Shown here one piece after another: positions 22,486-45,761 of a stretch of 64,000 nucleotides of DNA (position 1 is its first letter; each line of letters begins with the position of its first letter). A program made the translations under genes and the position numbers. The stretch lies in the NCBI RefSeq assembly GCF_009914755.1, contig NC_060929.1; one strand, written 5' to 3'. Source of the DNA: the human T2T-CHM13v2.0 reference genome, Homo sapiens. Below the pieces are notes generated by a model, which had not been told where the DNA came from, searched no databases, and saw nothing but the letters and a program-made list of their open reading frames with translations.

Positions 22486-22849
<364 letters not shown>

Positions 22850-23935
22850 TAAATTTTTTTCAGCAACATGTTACTTGTTTAAGGTACGTTATTGGTATTT
22901 CATTAGAATTAGTTCACCTTCTCTGTGAAACAAGTCCATTGTAAAACGTAGTGGAAAATGATACATATGTGGTTGCTAATAAAATCATAGTGTTTTGTGA
23001 CAAAAAAAAAAGAACCCTATGCCATGAAGGCAAATGTCTTCATTTCTGAAATTCTTCAAATTATTCTCTCTAAAATGTTTGTATCTTCCAAAAAAAAAAT
23101 CTCCTAGTATGAGCTGCATAACATGTTGCACCCTAGATTGGGCATCAGGAGACCTGTGTTCTAGTCCTTGCTCTGAAACTAACTTTCTGGGAGATCCAAC
23201 ATGTATCCTCTCCTTTCCGGGTGTTGGCTCTAGAAGCACTTTCAGTTTCCTTATCTGTGCTCCATGAATTATTAGTTACTTGCCTGAGAGGTCTGACTCA
23301 GGGTGCCTCCAAAACAGTTCTTACATATTAGGTGTGAGCCAGGAAGAAACAATGCCGGAAGAGAAATCTATGGGTTGTATATTTAAAACAAATGAGAGCT
23401 AGCAGTTTACACATCTAGAGTGAATATTTTCAAGGCAAACATATATGTTTCATGCCTTCTATAATCTGCAGTTTACAATGCATCAGACAATAGCTCAAAA
23501 GCATCATCCTTCAGATTCAGTAATTTAATCACTCATTTTTGATTTTCACTTATAAAGAAAACCAAAGAAGAGAATCTCAGACTTGGAAGGAGCTTCTCAT
23601 AGGTTATATAGCAAAACTATTCCTCTCTTGGAAAGTGGTTGTCCTGCCTCTGCTTAAATACCTTCGGAGATCGGGCACTCACTATACTCTTCTCACCCAG
23701 TATAAAAAAGCTCTTTGTTATGTTGAGCTTAAAATATGCAACCCTCAAACCTCTCACTCATTAGTGCTTATTCCAACCTCACAGTATAAGCCATTCCACG
23801 CTCACCATTTACAGACATGAAGCCATTTTGCTGAACAGCCAGTAGGGGACCCTGAAGATCTTCCAGTAACAAAATATAAAGTCAAAAAGATGCAGAAAGA
23901 AACTTGTTTTATTAGGCAATTTTATTTTAAGTGAG

Positions 23936-23976
23936 GTGTGTATGTGTGTGTGTGTGGGTGTGTGAGAGAGAGAGAG

Positions 23977-24025
<49 letters not shown>

Positions 24026-24032
24026 CAGAGAG
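23936..24032. repeat. Compound (TG)n(AG)n(TG)n(AG)n microsatellite
   Basis: Directly visible. Confidence 0.95.
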
Positions 24033-24688
24033 AAAGAGGGGCAGGAGGGTGCTTAAAGGCCTTCATAAATACCTTGGGAATAAAATCTAGGTCCTGGTTG
24101 CAAATTGGCCACCTGAGTACCACGCTTTTTGAATTAGCTGCCACTATTTAAAAACTGGAAAAGTTGCACAGACATACACAAAACCAAAATTCCTGGCTTC
24201 TTTGAGACTTGGAAATGACCCAGCATGGACCCTCTCTAGCTGGAGATGGGTAACTTTAGACTAAGCCATGTGCTGTTTTCTGGGCATGGCCCCTGCTCAG
24301 TCACTCACTTACCCTTCCCACCTGGCCATGTCAGGCAGGGAGAGAAAGTCACATTTTTAAACCTTGTTCTTTGAGCAGACTGTGGGGCTCCTAGGAATTT
24401 CCAAGGGGAAAAAACCCAGAATCGCCATCCAAATTGGAAATGCCTTAGAGGGCTTCCAACAAATTCTCATTTTCCAAATTGAGAAATGATTTACATTTTC
24501 ATCCTTGTCTCTGGTAGTAATAGTGGCCAGGATGGGGCCAGGTAGCTCTGAGGAAGCAGATTCTGACTGAGACCATCTGAGAGGGCAGCTCTTTGTTGGC
24601 AGAAGTGCAAAACCTTTCACAGCCCCTTTTGCCAAAATGGGGAGAACTAGGGAATCTTAGGGCAACACCCCAATAAAAAAAACAATAA

Positions 24689-25146
<458 letters not shown>

Positions 25147-26031
25147 CCTTCTGTATCTTTTTGGCTTTATATTTTGTTGTCAGATCTTCAGGGTCCCCTA
25201 CTGGCTGTTCACCAAGCTGGCTTCATGTCTATAAATGGCAAGTGTGGAATGGCTTATACTCTGAGGTTGGAATAAGCACTACTGAGTGAGAAGTTTGAGA
25301 GATACAAACTTTAATTTGAACTTAGTTTCCTCCTGATCCAGAGCTTTAACTACTTTTAGTATTTGAAGATAATAACTCTGACCATTTCTCTAACTTGGTT
25401 AATGTCATATCCATCCTGTTTTTCACAGTTACCCTTACCTGGTGACTTCTGTCATGTGATGTCCACTTGTGTGGACATCTGTTGCTTTTAACACTCATCA
25501 ATTCCCCATTCTTGGTGTAGAACCCATTTTTGCTTTGAGATACCATCCCTCTCACTGCATGGGTGTCTTGGTGGCACTGTCAATCAAAAAGCCCTGACTT
25601 TCCTTGCCCAACAGATGGGCTTGTGCAATTGGACACTCTCTCCATAGAATTTGCGTCTTGAGCATTGCACTCAAGAACAGAAAACAATTGGTGGAAATTC
25701 ATCCCAGAGGCACAGTCCCACTGACTTCAGTCTCAGGCTCTGCCCGGTCCCTGTCTTTCTCAATGTCTGCTTCTTTAGCTTTCCCTTGACTCTGTGAGGC
25801 ATGTTCAAATCCATTTGTTTTAATTTAAGTTGTCCAGAGTTATATTCTGTTGTTTGCCTCCAAAGAACCTAACCAATGTGCTTCTCTTAGGTTCAGCTTA
25901 ATTCCACAAACATTTACTAAGCCTGGAATGTTGCACTTGCTCTAGGGAGGTCCTGGTGGCCCAACTCCTGTAAACTCCTGGGGCCTGGTGGAGGGACAGA
26001 AAAGAAGCAAATCTTTCTGCCTTTTACTCAC

Positions 26032-26201
26032 ATGTCTTACAAAGCATGGCAGAGCCAATGCCCAAGTCTACCATGAGGGTTCAGCACTTGCACACCCAGG
26101 AAACAGTGACAGGCACAATGATCTTGGCAGAGACATAGAACTGCAGGGGGTAGGTAAGGCAGATGCCACCCAAGTAGAGGAGCTCAACAGACTGGTACAA
26201 C
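26032..26201 (-). pseudogene. SLC36-like exon remnant ([55 protein letters not shown])
   Basis: 170 bp, matches PAT1/2 LYQSVKLLY...TYALQFYVPAEIIIP. Acceptor gcacag, donor gtgagt, TGA at 26081-26083. Confidence 0.93.
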
Positions 26202-26544
26202 CTGTGCAAGGCAGAGGGGATCAGGAAAGATCCACGCACAGACACCAGCAGGCTCTGGAGGACCCATGGGGGTTAGTCGGGAGATCATTCAGGCCAGAGC
26301 ATGAGACAGAAATTGGGAATAGTTAAAATTGCTTCCAATAACCCCCTAATTGCTAGAGAACATAGCAAGGTGCCAAGAGGCTATCTAGTAGAAACAATTG
26401 CAAACATGTCTTTAGGCACTGGAGTCTCACTCAAGTGGCAAGAGTCTCACTCTCTATGAAGGGCATGAAGGTGCCAAGACCTACAGAGAAGATGGTGGAT
26501 TCATGTTCTCCATCTCAACTCCTGCACAGACATCTCTTCAATGA

Positions 26545-27670
<1,126 letters not shown>

Positions 27671-28370
27671 CTTTCCTAATTGAATTCACGTGAGATCAGA
27701 GAGTGTGTGATGTTTATACTGGAAAAACTAAAAAATTGAAATTTAGGGGACCTGAAATAACTCGGCCTCTACCTCTAAGTATTTAGGTCACTTTACTTCC
27801 CTGAACTTTATATGCCTCATCTATAAAATGCGGATATACTCTTTACCTGCTAGAAGGTAGGGGCTGGATCTGATGGTCTCTGAAAGTCTACAATCATAAA
27901 ACACTAACCACTTGGAACTAATTTTTATCAAAAATAGAAAAAAAACCCCACTGCTTTTAAGGGACATAAGGCAGAGGAAACATTAGTGCCATGTTACTCC
28001 AATACTTAAAAAGCCTTTAATCATATCTCATCGCCTACAGGAAAGAGTTACAAACTTGAGCCTGGGATTCAAAGTCCATAGTATTTCAGGTCCGGTGGTT
28101 CTAACTGTCTGGCCTGGTTACAATGCTGAGAGTATTGTTCCTCCCTCTGTCTCCACCTTCCTGTGCCTGATGTTGTAACCATTCCAGAGAATGTCTGAAG
28201 CATGCAATACACCTTCAAACTTCATGCCTTTCCATGTGCTGTTCCCTCTGCTAAGAAGGCTCTTTCCCTCCCTTTGTAATCTGTGATATTTCTGTTTATT
28301 GTTCAAGTTCCTGAGGCTCCTATAATGCCTCCCGTCCCCTGGTAATAATTAATCCTCCTTTTGAGTTTCT

Positions 28371-34523
<6,153 letters not shown>

Positions 34524-34733
34524 CCTTTTGAGTTTCTATAACACCAGTCCTCATCCATGTCACAGAGACTCTCACATGGAATGTGAGTTGGTGTGTGTGC
34601 ATCAGTGTTTCCATGAAGCTAGGGATTGTGGCCAAATCATGTCAGGATTCCTTGTACCTGGTACTCTGTCTTCAAGACATAATGGTAGATGGGCTGTGAT
34701 AAGGATGAGGTCATGCTTGGAAACCAATTATGA

Positions 34734-35369
<636 letters not shown>

Positions 35370-35598
35370 TTCTCTTATTATTATTAATGATGGGTATAAA
35401 CTACTCAGAAAGCGAAATCCAAGTTACCCCATTATATTTTTCTAAGTCTTTATTCTTTATAAATTAGATCAAGAATGTAGATTTCTGTTCTTTAGGGCCA
35501 TTGACTTACAGTAGCCAAATATTAATTAGGGGTCACACACAAGAAAAAAGAAGTATGTTGTTTTAGATTTTTTATTTAAAGAAAATAAAAATTTTCTT

Positions 35599-35662
35599 TA
35601 AATATGAATGGGATTAAATATGAATGGGATTAAATATGAATGGGATAAACATGAATGGGATT
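35599..35662. repeat. 16-bp tandem repeat taaatatgaatgggat, about 4 copies
   Basis: Directly visible. Confidence 0.9.
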
Positions 35663-36472
35663 GCATTTCCAAGGGGAAGATAATAACTTAGTGAGTCTCT
35701 TCTATGTGACAAGCACTGTGCTAAGGTCTGCACTTGGATTTATATTGTTTGACTACAACCCTAGGAAACAGGCACTGTTATCCCATTTTACAGGTAAGGA
35801 AGCTGAGCCTTTGATAGGTTAAGCAATATTCCCAAGTTCTTGAAGCTAGCAAGTGAGGAACATGAACTTGGACCCAACTCCCACTGACTTCAGAAGTCAC
35901 ACTCTTAAGTATTCTGTAAGGGCTCAGCTAGGCCACCTCTCCTTTCATCTGAGTTCTCTGTGACCCACCATCACTGTTAGTGATGTGAATTGTGTGCCAT
36001 AAGCACTCTGGACAGAGCAGCATCAGTCCACATGGACTTCTCTGTAGGCCTGGTAAAATTAATAGCAATTACCACCCAATCTCGTTTGTGGAGTTTATAA
36101 AGCACTTTCATTCCCGATACTGCACATGATCGTTATACCAGCTCCTGGCTCCATGTAGACAGCTCTCAGCTGAAGCTCACACTTAAAACTTCCCACCTCT
36201 GCCTTTAAGGTCCAGACACTCTCTGTTGTATTCACCCCATGCATACACATGGAGCCCATTCCCAGTGAGGATGTTAACATAAGAGCACAAAGCGGGGAGC
36301 GGAACAAAAAGGGTTTATGTGCCTGAGAACGTGAGTGCTTTTGGAAAGTCAAGAAGGTGAGCAAAAGGCAGAAGAAGCTGCTAGCCACTCTATAGTGATA
36401 TTCCACTCACCACCCTTCTCAAATATTCCCACATCTTGCCTGACTTACTGAGAAGTGGTAAGAATGTCAAGT

Positions 36473-37095
<623 letters not shown>

Positions 37096-38034
37096 ATTAT
37101 ACATGGACAGTCGTTGGATTAACTGACGCAGCAACCATTGCCCCTTGAGTTAACAGGAATCACCCTCTACCTCTGCCTCCGAGTAGCTTTGCGTCCCATG
37201 GGTAAGGACTATCATCATTATTATAATTTTTGTTATGGAAAATGGCAATTAGAATGTACAAGCTGGTGTCTTTGCAGGAGTTCTGTTTCTACGCTCAGTC
37301 CACCAGGAAGAGCACCATCCCAATTTCGGGTGTAAGGTGACCCGCAGTAATGCAGGTGTGCGGGCTGAAATATAATTTTGGATTCCTTTTGCTTGGGGTG
37401 TTAAAAAGAAAGTATCATATGTATCAGAATATATAGCAGCTCCTGAACAAAGGATGGAAAAGGAGTAGATACTGTACTGGAACCAGAACTGAAGAAACCT
37501 GTTTCCTTATTTGTGGTTTGAGATGGTTGTCTAGAAAAAGCTCCAATTGCTCATCCTTTATTCCAGCCCCAGCTGTTCATGATCTGTGATTCTGTGTTCC
37601 AGTGTGGTAATGTGGGAGCATCAGCTCCCAATAATTCAGTCTTGTTAAAAGAGAACTAAAAGGAAAACTGTTTAAAAAGAGCAACAGGGGAAGAATTTGA
37701 GTGGGAAATGAATTGGTCTGGGAGCTGGTGGGTGCAGGTGCAAGCCCTGGCTTTGGAATTTAACACATGCTCTTGGACAATCATGTCACTTTTAGCCCTT
37801 GGCTTCATTATCTGTGCATGGGTGTGGGCACCACTTCAAATTGAGGATAAAATTATGATCACTTTATTTTGAAATATTTCAGACTTACAGAAATGTTGGA
37901 AGAATAGTACGAAGAATTTCCATATGCTTTTTGCCAGTTCCCCAAAGATTAGCACATTTGCTTTATTATATTCTCCTTCTCGCTCTGCATGTGTGTATTT
38001 TAATGTGTGTATATATATATGAGTGTGTGTGTAA

Positions 38035-38406
<372 letters not shown>

Positions 38407-38964
38407 TGAGCTATGTAAGAATAACCCTGATTTATTTTAAATACTTTGTTCTTTTTGTGATTTAATTCGAAAGGTTCAGAGGATAAGAAATATTTGAAAA
38501 CCACTGCTAAACTCCTTTTAGTGCTGACTTTTAGTAATTTTTCTCATGCTGGATTAAAATAGCTGTAGCTCCCAAATATGCTGATGAGGCCATACCCAAT
38601 TAAATAGTAATTTTAAATATGAACATCATAGTGTGTAAATAGGGTGACTTGTTGGCAGGGATTGTCATACAGAGATTTTCAGTTCTCTCATTTTACAGAT
38701 GAATAAAATGAGACCCACTGAAAAGAGAAGATTTGCCCAACATTCCACAGCTTTCTATCAGATATTTTCTCTAGCACATTAGCATATTCTGCATACACAT
38801 AGTAAGGGATCATGAAGCAAAATAATAATAATCATTGTTTACTTTGTGCCTGGCAATGTGCTAATCATTTTGCCTTCCTTGTTTCTTTGAGTTGTTACAA
38901 CATCCATGCTTCGTAGGTATTATAATCCCCATTTTACAGATGAGAGTGAGTCTCAAAGAGGTTT

Positions 38965-41900
38965 TTATTTATTTATTTAATTTCCAACTTTTAAATTTAG
39001 GGGGTACATGTGCAGGTTTGTTACATGGGTATATTATTATGAGGCTGAGGTTTAGGGTATGAACGATCCCATAACCCAGGTAACGATCTTAGTACCCAAT
39101 GGGTGGTTTTTCAACCCTTGCTCCCCTTCCTCCCCCGTCTAGTAGTTCCCAGTGTCTACTGTTCCCATCTTTATGTCCATGAGTACCCAATGTTTAGCTC
39201 CCACTTATCAGTGAGAATATGTGGTATTTGGTTTTCAGTTTTTGAGTTAATTTGCTGAGGATAATAGCCTCCAGCTGCATCCATGTTGCTGCAAAGAATA
39301 TGATTTCATTCTTTTTATGGCCGCATAGTATTCCATGTGGTATATGTACCACTTTTTTAAAATCCAATTCACAACTGATGGACATCTAGGTTGATTTCAT
39401 GTCTTTGCTATTGTGAACAGTGCTGTGTTGAACATATGCATGCATGTGTCTTTTTGGTAGAATGATTTATTTTCCTCTGGTATATACCCAGTAGTGGGAT
39501 TGCTGACTCGAATGGTAGTTCTATTTTTATTTTTTTGAGAAATTTACAAACTGCTTTCCACAGTGACTGAACTAATTTACATTTCCACCAACAGTGTATA
39601 AGTATCCCCTTTTCTCCACAGCCTTGCCAATACCCGTTTTTTGTTTTGTTTTGTTTTGTTTTTTTACTTTTTTATAATAGCCGTTCTGACTGGTGTGAGA
39701 TGGTAGCTCTTTGTGGTTTTGATTCGCATTTCTCTGATTAGTGATGTTGAGCATTTTTTCATGTTTGGTGGCCACTTGTATGTCTTCTTTTGAGAAGTGT
39801 CTGTTCATGTCTTTTGCCTACTTTTTAATGGGGTTATTTAGTTCTTTTGCTTGTTGAATTATTCAAGTTCCTTATACATTCTGGATATTAGATCTTTGTT
39901 GGATGCATCGTTTGTGAATATTTTCTCCCATTCTGTAGGTTGTTTGTTTATCCTGTTGATAGTTAATTTTGCTGTGCAGAAGCTCTTTAATTAGGTCTCA
40001 CTTGTCAATTTTTGTTTTTGTTGTAATTGCTTTTGAGGGCTTAGTCATAAATTCTTTGTCAAGGCCAATGCCTAGAATGGTATTTCCTAGGTTTTCTTCT
40101 ATGATTTTTATAGTTTCAGGTCCTACATTTAAAGCTTTAATCCATCTGGAGTTAATTTTTGTATATAGTGATAGGTATGGAGTCCAGTTTTATTCTTCTG
40201 CATATGTTCTAGCCAGTTATCCCAGCACCTCTTATTTATTGAATAGGGAGTCCTTTGCCCATTCCTTAATTTTGTCAACTTTGTCAAAGATCCGTTGGTT
40301 GTAGGTGTGTGGCTTTATTTCTGTGTTCTCTGTTCTGTTCCATGGGTCTATGAGTCTGTTTTTGTACCAATACCATGCTGTTTTTGTTACTGTAACCTTG
40401 TAGTGTAGTTTGAAGTCAGGTAATGTGATACCTCCACCTTTTTTCTTTTTGCTCAGGATTGCTTTGGCTACTTGGGCTCTTTTTTGGTTCCAGATGAATT
40501 TCAGAATAGTTTTATCTAATTCTGTGAAAAATAAAATTTGTAGTTTATGGGAATAGCATTGAATCTGTATATTGCTTTTGGCAGTATGGTCATCTTGACT
40601 CTTTAAATCTGTGAGCATAGAATGTTTTTCCATTTGTTTGTGTCATTTATGATTTCTTTCAGCAGTTTTGTAGTTCTCCTTGTAGAAACCATTCACCTCC
40701 TTAGTTAGATCTATTCCTAGGTATTTTATTCTTTTTGTGGCTATTGTAAATGGAATTGTGTTCTTGATTTGGCTGTCAGCTTAAACATTATCAATGTATA
40801 GAAATGCAACTGATTTTTGTACATTGATTTTGTATTTTAAAATCTTCTAAGAGCCTTTTGGCAGTCTTTAGGGTTTTCTATGTGTAGAATCATATAGTTG
40901 GCAAAGAGAGATAATTTGACTTATTTTCCTATTTGGATGCCTTTTATTTCTTTCTCTTGTCTGATTGCTCTGGCTAGGACTTCAATACTATGTTAAATAG
41001 GAGTGGTGAGAATGGCCATACTAGTCTTGTTCCAGTTCTTAAGGAGAATGCTTTCGGCTTTTGCCCATTCAGGATGATGTTGGCTGTGGGTTTATCATAG
41101 ATGGCTTTATTATTTTGAGACATATTCCTCCGATGCCTAGTTTATTGAAGGTTTTAAATTATGAAACAATGTTGGATTTTATCAAAAGCTTTTTCTGCAT
41201 CAATCGAGATGATCATATGGTTTTTATGTTTAATTCTATTCTATTTATTTGGTGAATAACATTTATTGGTTGGTGTGTGCTGAACCAACCTTGCATCCCA
41301 GGAATAAAGTCTAGTTGATCCTGGTGAATTAATCTTTGATGTGTGCTGTATTTGATTTGCTAGTATTTTGTTGAGGATTTTTGTGTCAATGTTCATTAGG
41401 GATATTGGCCTGTAATTTTCTTTTTTCATTGTGTCTTTGCCAGGTTTTGGTATCAGTATGATACTGACTATATAGAATGAGTTAGGGAGGAGTCTCTCAT
41501 CAATTTTTTGGAATAGTTTCAGTAGGATTGGTACCAGCTATTCTTTGTACATCTAATAGAATTTGGCTGTAAATCCATCTGGTCTAGGGTCAAATAAAAC
41601 CAACCATTTCATTGGTTGGTAGGTTTTTCTAAATGCTGATTCAATTTTGAAGCTCATTATTGGTCTGTTCAGAGTCTTGATTTCCTTCTGAATAAATCTT
41701 GGATGGTGTTTTGTTTCTAGGAATTTATCAGTTTCCTCTAGATTTTCTAGTTTGTGTATTTAGAGGTGTTCATAATAATCTCTGAGGATCATATGTATTT
41801 CTGTGGGATTGGTTGTAATTTCACCTTTATTATTTCTGATTGTGCTTATTTGGGTCTTCTCTCTTTTTCATTATTAATCTTGCTAGTGGTCTGTCAGTCT

Positions 41901-44900
41901 TGTTTATCCTTTCAAAAAATCAACTTTTGGCTTCATTGATCCTTTGTATGGATTTTTGCGGTCTCAATATCATTTAGTTCCGCTCTGATTTTAGTTATTT
42001 CTTTTCTTCTGCTAGCTTTGGGGTTAGTTTGTTTCTGTTTCTCTAGTTCCTCTAGGTGCAATGTTAGAGCGTTAATTTGAGATCTTTCTAGCTTCTTGGT
42101 GTAGGCATTTAGTGCTAAAAACTTTCCTCTCAACACTGCTTTTGCTGCACCCCAGAGATGTTGCTATGTTGTGTCACTGTTTTCATCTATTTCAAAGAAT
42201 CTTTTGATTTCTGCTTTAATTTTGTTGTTTACCTGATATGGTTTGGATTTGTGTCCCCACTTAAATCTCATGTTCAATTGTCATCCCCCCAGTGTTGAAT
42301 GTGGGGCCTGGTGGGGGTGATTAAATCATGAGAGTGAATTTCTCATGAATGGTTTAGTACCATCCCCTTGGTACTACTATTCTTGCAATAATGAGTTAGT
42401 TCTCACAAGATCTTGTCATTTAAAAGCGTGTGGCACCTCCCCCTGCTCCCAGCACCAAGCTTGTGCTCTTTCCGTGTGACCTGCCTGCTCCAGCTTTGTC
42501 TTCTGCCATGAGTAAAAGTTCCCTGAGGCCTCCCCAGAAGCAATGTACAGCCTGCAGAACCATAAGCCAATAAAACCTTTCTTCTTAAAAATTACCCAGT
42601 CTTAGATATTTCTTTATAGCAATGCAAGAATGGGCTAATACATTACCCAAAAGTCATTTAGGAGCAAGTTGCTTAGTTTCCATGGAATTGTGTGATTTTG
42701 AGATATCTTCTTGGTATTGATTTCTATTTTTATTCCACTGTGGCCCAAGAGTATGCTTGGTATAATTTCTGTCTTTTAAAGTGTATTGAGACTTGCTTTA
42801 TGGTCAAGCATGTGGTTGATCTCAGAGTATGTGCCATGTGCAGATGAGAAGACTGTATATTCTGTGGTTGTTTGGTGGATTATTCTGTAGATGTCTATAA
42901 GGTCCAATTGGTCAGGGGTCAAATTTAAGTCCAGAATTTGTTAGTCTTCTCCTTTGATGATCTGTCTTACACTGTGAGTGGGGTATTAAAGACTCCCACT
43001 ATTACTGTGTGGCTAAGTGTTTTCATAGGTCTGGAAGTACTTGTTATATGAATCCAGGTGCTCCAATATTGGGTGTGAATGTATTTAGGATAGTAAGTCT
43101 TCTTTTTGAATTGAACTCTTTATCATTATGTAATTCTCTTCTTTGCCCTTTTTTTACTGCTGTTGGTTTTAAGTCTGTTTTATCTGATATTAGAACAGTG
43201 ATCCTTGCTCTTTTATGTTTTCTGTTTGTGTGATAGACCTTTCTCCATCTCTTTACTTTGAGCCTATGGGTGTCCTTACATGTGAAATGGGTCTCTTGAA
43301 AACAGTAGATGTTTAAGTCTTAATTTTTAATCCAACTTCCCACTTTGTGCCTTTTAAATGAGGTGTTTAGACCATTCACATTCAAGGTTAATATTGATAG
43401 GTGAGATTTTGATCCTGTCATGATGTGAGCTGGTTACTTTGTAGCCTTGATTGGGTAGTTGCTTTATAGGGTCTGTGGGCGATGTAGTTAAGTGTGTTTT
43501 TGTGGTAGCTAGTATCATTCTCTCATTTCCATGTTTAGAACTCCCTTAAAGATTTCTTTTGAGGCTGCTCTAGTGGTAACAAATTCCCTTAGTGCTTGCT
43601 TTTCTAGAAAATATTTTCTTTCTCCTTTGCTTATGAAACTTAGTTTGGTGGAATATGAAATTCTTGGTTGGAATTTCTTTAAAAATGCTGAAAATAGGCC
43701 CCTAATTACTTCTGGCTTGTAAGGTTTCTGCTGAGAAGACTACTGTTTAACCTAATGGGGTTTCCCCTTTGTAAGTGATCTGATTCTTCTCTAGCTGCCT
43801 TTAAGATTTTTTCTTTCTCATTGACCTTGAAAGTCTGATGACTGTGTGTCTTGTATAGTATCTTGCAGGGGTTCTCTGAATTTCTTGCATTTGCACATAG
43901 ACTTCTCTAGTGAGATTGAGGAAATTTTCATTGACTATGTCCTCAAATATGTTTTCCAAGTTGCATACTCTCTCTACTTCTCTCTCAAGAATGCCGAGTT
44001 GTAGGTTTGGTCTCTTTACATAAGCCCATATTTCCCAAAGGCTTTGTTCAGTTTTTAAATTCTTTTATTTTTGTGGGACTGAGTTGATTTGAAAGACTGG
44101 TCTTTAAGCTCTGAAATTATTCTTTCAGCTTGGTCTAGTTTGTTATTAAGGCTTCCAACTGTATTTTGAAATTCCTGTAGTAAAATTTTCAATTCCAGAA
44201 TAATTTAGTTCCTTCTTAAAATGGCTATGTTGTCTTTCAACTCTTGAATTGCTTTACTGACTTCCTTGGGTTGAGTTGCTACTTTCTCTTAAGTCTCTCC
44301 CTCTCTTTCTCTTTTTTTTTTTTTTTTTTTTTTTTGAGATAGGGTGTTGCTCTGTCACCCAGGCTGGAATACAATGGCGAGATCATGGCTCACTGTAGCC
44401 TCAACCTCCTGGGCTGAACAATCTGCCTGCCTTGGCCTCCCAAAGTTCTGGGATTACAGGTATGAGCCACTGCACCCAACACCTCTTGAATCTCATTCAG
44501 CTTTCTTGCCGTTCTATATCCGTCATCTCAGACATTTTAATCTAGTTAGGATCCTTTGCTGGGGAGCTAGTGTGAACCTTTAGAGATAAGAAAACCTTTA
44601 GAGATAAGAAAATGCTCTGGCTTTTCTCATGCTGATTCCTTCTCATCTTAGGGGGCTGGTGTTTCTTTATCTTTTTGAATTTGCTGTTATTTGGATGGGG
44701 CTTTTTGTTTCTGTGTTCTTTTTTACTTTTGGGGGTTTGACTGTAGTATACATTGTGTATAGTTGATTGGCTTCATTTCTGGGTGCTTTTAGAGGGCCAA
44801 GACTCTGTTTGGCTTCCTTAGTTTTGGTTATTTACCTACATTGGGTTTTACAGATGTTGCTTGGTGAAGAAATTTATCTTTGGTAGTACAATTCAGGCTG

Positions 44901-45255
44901 CAACCCAGTAGATAGTGCTTAAGAGTGAGGGCTTACAGATAGGCTGTTACTCAACTGCATGCCTCTTTTGTGTTTCAGTGCCTTTGCAGCAACACTTTAG
45001 GAAAGCGGGGGATGAGAGGGTAAAAGATGACCCCTTCAACAAGTCTCTTCCTGGGCATTAGGAGTGCCCCCTCCAATCACTGGTGCTGCACATGCATTTC
45101 CTTAGCCCCAGGAAGGGCCCTGGCAGTTTGCACAGCTTCCTCTCTTGGGGTGGCTTGAGCTGAAGGTTAGGTCACCAGGAAACCTGCAGATCCCTAGAAA
45201 CCTGCAGGTCCTCTGAGCTTGGCAGAGTCAGAGCAGGCTTCGAAGTATGTCTGTG
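38965..45255 (-). mobile_element. Near full-length older primate L1 (about L1PA13-16) inserted in a MIR
   Basis: 3' end at 38965. ORF2 fragments 40232..40633 and 41241..41429 ([12 protein letters not shown]), 41933..42136. ORF1/5' UTR region to about 45255, with MIR sequence on both sides. Contains MSTA and a partial Alu (44312-44480). Confidence 0.85.
42234..42642 (+). mobile_element. Solo MSTA (MaLR) LTR
   Basis: tgatatggtttggat...gctaataca with perfect 5-bp TSD ttacc. Confidence 0.85.
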
Positions 45256-45429
45256 GATTCAGAGAGATTTTAAAACAGCTGTCCAAGATCCAATAGCTTG
45301 AAAGGATGAAAAAAAACAGTATTCAAATTCACGCCTGTCAGGCTCCAGAGCCAGTGCTCTTTATCTACCCCATGCACCTTCTTCACTCTGCATAGGGGAT
45401 GGGGGCACTCATTCTATCTCAAACCTTAC

Positions 45430-45528
45430 CACTTCAGTACCTTCAAAGGCAAAGACAGTTGTCCCAAAGAACAGGGACTAGGTCTTCCAGTTTGCCACTA
45501 GGGGCAGACTGCTGGCGTCTGGGATTTC
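45430..45528 (-). pseudogene. SLC36-like exon remnant ([32 protein letters not shown])
   Basis: 99 bp, matches PAT2 [33 protein letters not shown]. Tyr codon replaced by TAG (45478-45480), in-frame acceptor is AA, donor gtaagg. Confidence 0.93.
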
Positions 45529-45761
45529 TTGAAAGAGAAACACAGGAAAAATGGTAATGGCTACCTTAAAACTGGACTTGAGAAAACCCAGTGGAAATAA
45601 AGCAAAAAGTGAAACAGCTAGCTAGCAGAGCTCCACATGGGCTGAACTTTCTGCTGACCTTCATCCTTTGGTGGGTGGACTTTGTTTCTTTAAGAAGACA
45701 GCAGCAGCAGGAAACCCTCAGGCTCAGAGGGGAATTGAGAGTGAGAGAGGCTCAGTTCTAG

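Noticed and set aside
25988-26326. 112-aa + strand ORF
   Set aside because: Antisense of the 170-bp SLC36 pseudo-exon.
36245-36275. Possible remnant of the missing SLC36 exon (atcctcactgggaatgggc resembling ILYLGM)
   Set aside because: Needs two indels and neither flank matches VLPLENKMK or ITLNLPNC.
37120-37207. Possible + strand first exon (TGACG motif, ATGG|gtaagg donor)
   Set aside because: Only short motifs; no homology or other support in the sequence.
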